Shown in pieces: positions 25,210 to 27,677 of a stretch of DNA of 27,677 bases. The stretch comes from a virus (Duplodnaviria; Caudoviricetes). The first letter of the stretch is position 1, and every line of letters begins with the position of its first letter. The DNA lies in the IMG/VR virus record IMGVR_UViG_3300020045_003177, positions 1 to 27,677 of that record; one strand, given 5' to 3'. Below the pieces are notes generated by a model, which saw only the letters and a program-made list of their open reading frames with translations, did no database searches and was not told the origin of the DNA. The position numbers and the translations under genes are program-made.

Positions 25210-26663
25210 AAAACAACAAATTAAAATTTATGAACCGCAATAAATATATTGCACTTGGTGTGCTGTCACTCATCGCGGTTATGCTGCTTATCATGGCTCC
25301 GGCTGTTGGTTTGGCTGCACTGGCATTCGTGCCTATTGCCGGATTGACAGATCAGGAAAACGAACTTGTAAAAGCTATTCAGGAGCAGTTTGAAACTGAA
25401 CTTGAAAAAGTAAAGAAGGGTTATATTTCAGCCGAAAAGGCCGAAGAAATCCTGAACGCTAAAATCGCAAAGATGCAGGAAGGTTCTGTAACATCAGAGC
25501 AACTGCAAACAGCTATCAAAGAGTTTAACGACAAACTCATAAAACAATGGGAAGAAGTTACCAAACTTACTACCAAGGAATCGAAGCCAATTGTTAAACG
25601 TTCATTCCGTGAAGCTGTAAAAACTACTATCATGCAATCGGAAAACGTTGAAAAATACGTGGACGGCGCAGGAAATGAGCGTTACAGGATCAAAGGTTTA
25701 TCAAGTCCTAAAGCTGAGATTGAATTTAAAATAGCTGTTGATATGAATACAGCTAATGCCGTTCGACCTGGTGGTAGTCCCGGTATGTCGGTTGGATCAT
25801 TAACTGATTACGGAATGACACCGCAACAGTTGCCGCTTACAATGAACACTCACTTTATCGGGGCGTTTACTTCACAGTCTACAACTGAAAAGTATTTCGG
25901 TGTTATCATTGAAGGTACTGAAACAGACGGTGCAGACGTAAAAGCAGAAACAGACGTTGCCGGTGATAGTTCATATTTGTTCAGCACAAAGGAATTCAAA
26001 GTGTTTGATTTCGCTGTTAAATTCCGCGTTCACCAGAACACACTTGATGACCTGGATAATGTGATGAACCGCATTGAGACTGTTGGAGTTGATCGCTTAC
26101 TTTCAAAAATTGACGCTTATGTTTTGGGTACAGCCGGTGATAATGCCGCAACTCCGTGGGGATTGCATAACGCTGGTTATTTTACAGCTTATGACCTTGC
26201 ACTTCGTGCCGGCGAAGTTGTGACCGCAAACATTGTTAACGTTATCAAAAACGGTGTACTGCAAGCAAGGAAACTTAATCGCATGGTTGACACCGTTATC
26301 CTGAACAGTTCCGATGCCGCTGAGATTGAAGATTTGAAAGATGCAAACAGCAACACCGTTGCACTTGCTGGTATCAGATTAGATGCTACCGGAAAGCTGG
26401 CATACATTTACGGTCTTCGCGTGTTGATAAACGACAACGAAGTAACCAACACTTTCACACTTTGCAACTATGCCGAATCGGTGCAGTTTGGTTTGCGTGA
26501 AGATATGGGCGTTCGTATGGGATACGATCAAACTACTGACTTCAGCAAGAAGATCGTAACTATTCAAATCGAGGCACGTCTGGCAGTTGGTTTAGGTCAT
26601 GCCGAAACTATCATTTACTGTTCAGATATTGCCGCCGCTGCAACTGCTTTAAGCGTCGTATAA
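25206..26663 (+). CDS. Major capsid protein (HK97 fold, coiled-coil delta domain, hydrophobic N-terminal extension)
   Basis: Position after the protease; IYGLRVLIND and DFSKKIVTIQIEARLA C-terminal motifs. Confidence 0.85.
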   Translation: MKNNKLKFMNRNKYIALGVLSLIAVMLLIMAPAVGLAALAFVPIAGLTDQENELVKAIQEQFETELEKVKKGYISAEKAEEILNAKIAKMQEGSVTSEQLQTAIKEFNDKLIKQWEEVTKLTTKESKPIVKRSFREAVKTTIMQSENVEKYVDGAGNERYRIKGLSSPKAEIEFKIAVDMNTANAVRPGGSPGMSVGSLTDYGMTPQQLPLTMNTHFIGAFTSQSTTEKYFGVIIEGTETDGADVKAETDVAGDSSYLFSTKEFKVFDFAVKFRVHQNTLDDLDNVMNRIETVGVDRLLSKIDAYVLGTAGDNAATPWGLHNAGYFTAYDLALRAGEVVTANIVNVIKNGVLQARKLNRMVDTVILNSSDAAEIEDLKDANSNTVALAGIRLDATGKLAYIYGLRVLINDNEVTNTFTLCNYAESVQFGLREDMGVRMGYDQTTDFSKKIVTIQIEARLAVGLGHAETIIYCSDIAAAATALSVV

Positions 26664-26664
26664 T

Positions 26665-26868
26665 ATGAAACATTCTGTAAGAAGGGTTGAACTTCTTGAA
26701 GAAATGGGTAAACTGGCAAAGGGTCAAATCATAACACTTGATGCGACCCTTGCCGGAAAACTCATAAAAGCAGGAAAAGCAGAATTGGTAAAAGATGGCA
26801 AACCAATTGACCCACAAAAAAAGCCAAAAGCAAAAAGAGTAAGTAAACCTAAAAACATAAAGAAATGA
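26665..26868 (+). CDS. Small Lys-rich head-associated protein
   Basis: Follows the capsid gene; LAGKLIKAGKAE motif and basic tail. Confidence 0.6.
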   Translation: MKHSVRRVELLEEMGKLAKGQIITLDATLAGKLIKAGKAELVKDGKPIDPQKKPKAKRVSKPKNIKK

Positions 26869-27326
26869 AAAAACTCATAACATTATTCATGCTAATTGCA
26901 CTGGCATTTGCTGTGCAGGCGCAACAGGGTAAACAATTAACGTTTACACCAGCTACAAATGATTCGCTTGTCGGGGCGGTAACAAAATATTGCACCCTAT
27001 CCACTCCAATAACAGGCCAGTGGTCAGCATCAATTTATATTTATCTGGATCAGTCTGTTGTAGGGACAGACAGCACCCGCGTAACGGTTGAAGGTTCACA
27101 GGATAACGTTACTTTCTACGCGATGAACATGGGAACTCCATACTTAGGTGGAACCGCCGCGATTCGTGCAGCCGGTTATTATGTTACTTGTACCGCCGGA
27201 GATGCCTGGATTATGTGGAATCCTACTTGGTATATTGCGCCACCTTACCTCAGATTGAAGGTACAGCACTATGTAGCGACTGCATCCGTAAAGATTACAA
27301 AGGCTAATATTTACCTGAAACGATAA
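26865..27326 (+). CDS. Beta-rich protein with Sec signal peptide, possible capsid decoration protein
   Basis: MKKLITLFMLIALAFAVQA|QQ; VTVEGSQDNVTF and PYLRLKV strands; head module. Confidence 0.6.
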   Translation: MKKLITLFMLIALAFAVQAQQGKQLTFTPATNDSLVGAVTKYCTLSTPITGQWSASIYIYLDQSVVGTDSTRVTVEGSQDNVTFYAMNMGTPYLGGTAAIRAAGYYVTCTAGDAWIMWNPTWYIAPPYLRLKVQHYVATASVKITKANIYLKR

Positions 27327-27333
27327 TCGAATT

Positions 27334-27672
27334 ATGGCACTGATTGACAGTACATATTTTATCAATGATATAAACCTGAATATCGGGGTGTATAGCGATT
27401 TAACTCAGTACATCGATAGGTTTGAAAAGGAGGTTTTAATTGGCCTGCTTGGATATACCTTGTACAGTGAAATGATGGCCGCTTATGCCTTACTACCCGG
27501 AACACCTTTACCTACAAAATGGGATCGACTAATAAACGGTTATACATACGGTTATAACGGGGTTACGATCAGGTGGAACGGGTTGATTAATTCGGATAAG
27601 GTTTCATTCATTGCATATTATGTGTACTGTCAATATTTAAAGGCTCAACAATTCGATTATCGTTTCAGGTAA
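27334..27672 (+). CDS. Putative head-tail connector/adaptor protein
   Basis: LIDSTYF...YIDRFEKEVL..LLG..LY...IAYYVYCQYL; head-completion position; 3' end close to the window edge. Confidence 0.6.
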   Translation: MALIDSTYFINDINLNIGVYSDLTQYIDRFEKEVLIGLLGYTLYSEMMAAYALLPGTPLPTKWDRLINGYTYGYNGVTIRWNGLINSDKVSFIAYYVYCQYLKAQQFDYRFR

Positions 27673-27677
27673 ATATT

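Noticed and set aside
1-27677. Stop-codon reassignment (alternative genetic code)
   Set aside because: Standard code gives dense, full-length terminase, portal, capsid and primase ORFs, and TAA, TAG and TGA all serve as stops

Overview
A 27.7 kb segment of a tailed dsDNA phage (siphovirus-like gene order) whose host is very likely Bacteroidota. Host evidence: TAnnTTTG -7 promoter boxes, A/C-rich leaders without Shine-Dalgarno sequences, DUF3127-, BT4734/VirE_N- and FISUMP-like proteins, and signal peptides followed by Gln. All credible genes are on the + strand, in this order: distal tail genes, lysis module, terminator, early genes (recombination, DNA modification, SSB-like, primase-helicase with a repeat-rich putative origin, nucleases, frameshifted C5-methyltransferase, DnaA domain IV-like protein), terminase, portal, prohead protease, major capsid, head completion. 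No integrase, CI-like repressor, reverse transcriptase or CRISPR array was recognised. The most striking unexplained structure is non-coding. (i) Four promoters share a DnaA-box-like TTAT(C/A)AACAAA 35-36 bp before the -7 box, in a genome encoding a stand-alone DnaA domain IV-like protein. (ii) Four other promoters carry FNR/CRP-like TTGAY-N4-RTCAA boxes repeated at 22 bp and a -7 box exactly 34 bp after the last box. (iii) Two integron attC-like hairpins bracket a PAPS-reductase-family gene as an apparent cassette. (iv) A tRNA-like RNA lacks a normal anticodon arm. (v) A leader peptide and possible pseudoknot precede the replication gene. Protein oddities include a circularly permuted FISUMP domain in a tail protein and signal-like N-termini on head proteins. 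All family assignments come from motif recognition by eye, not from database searches.
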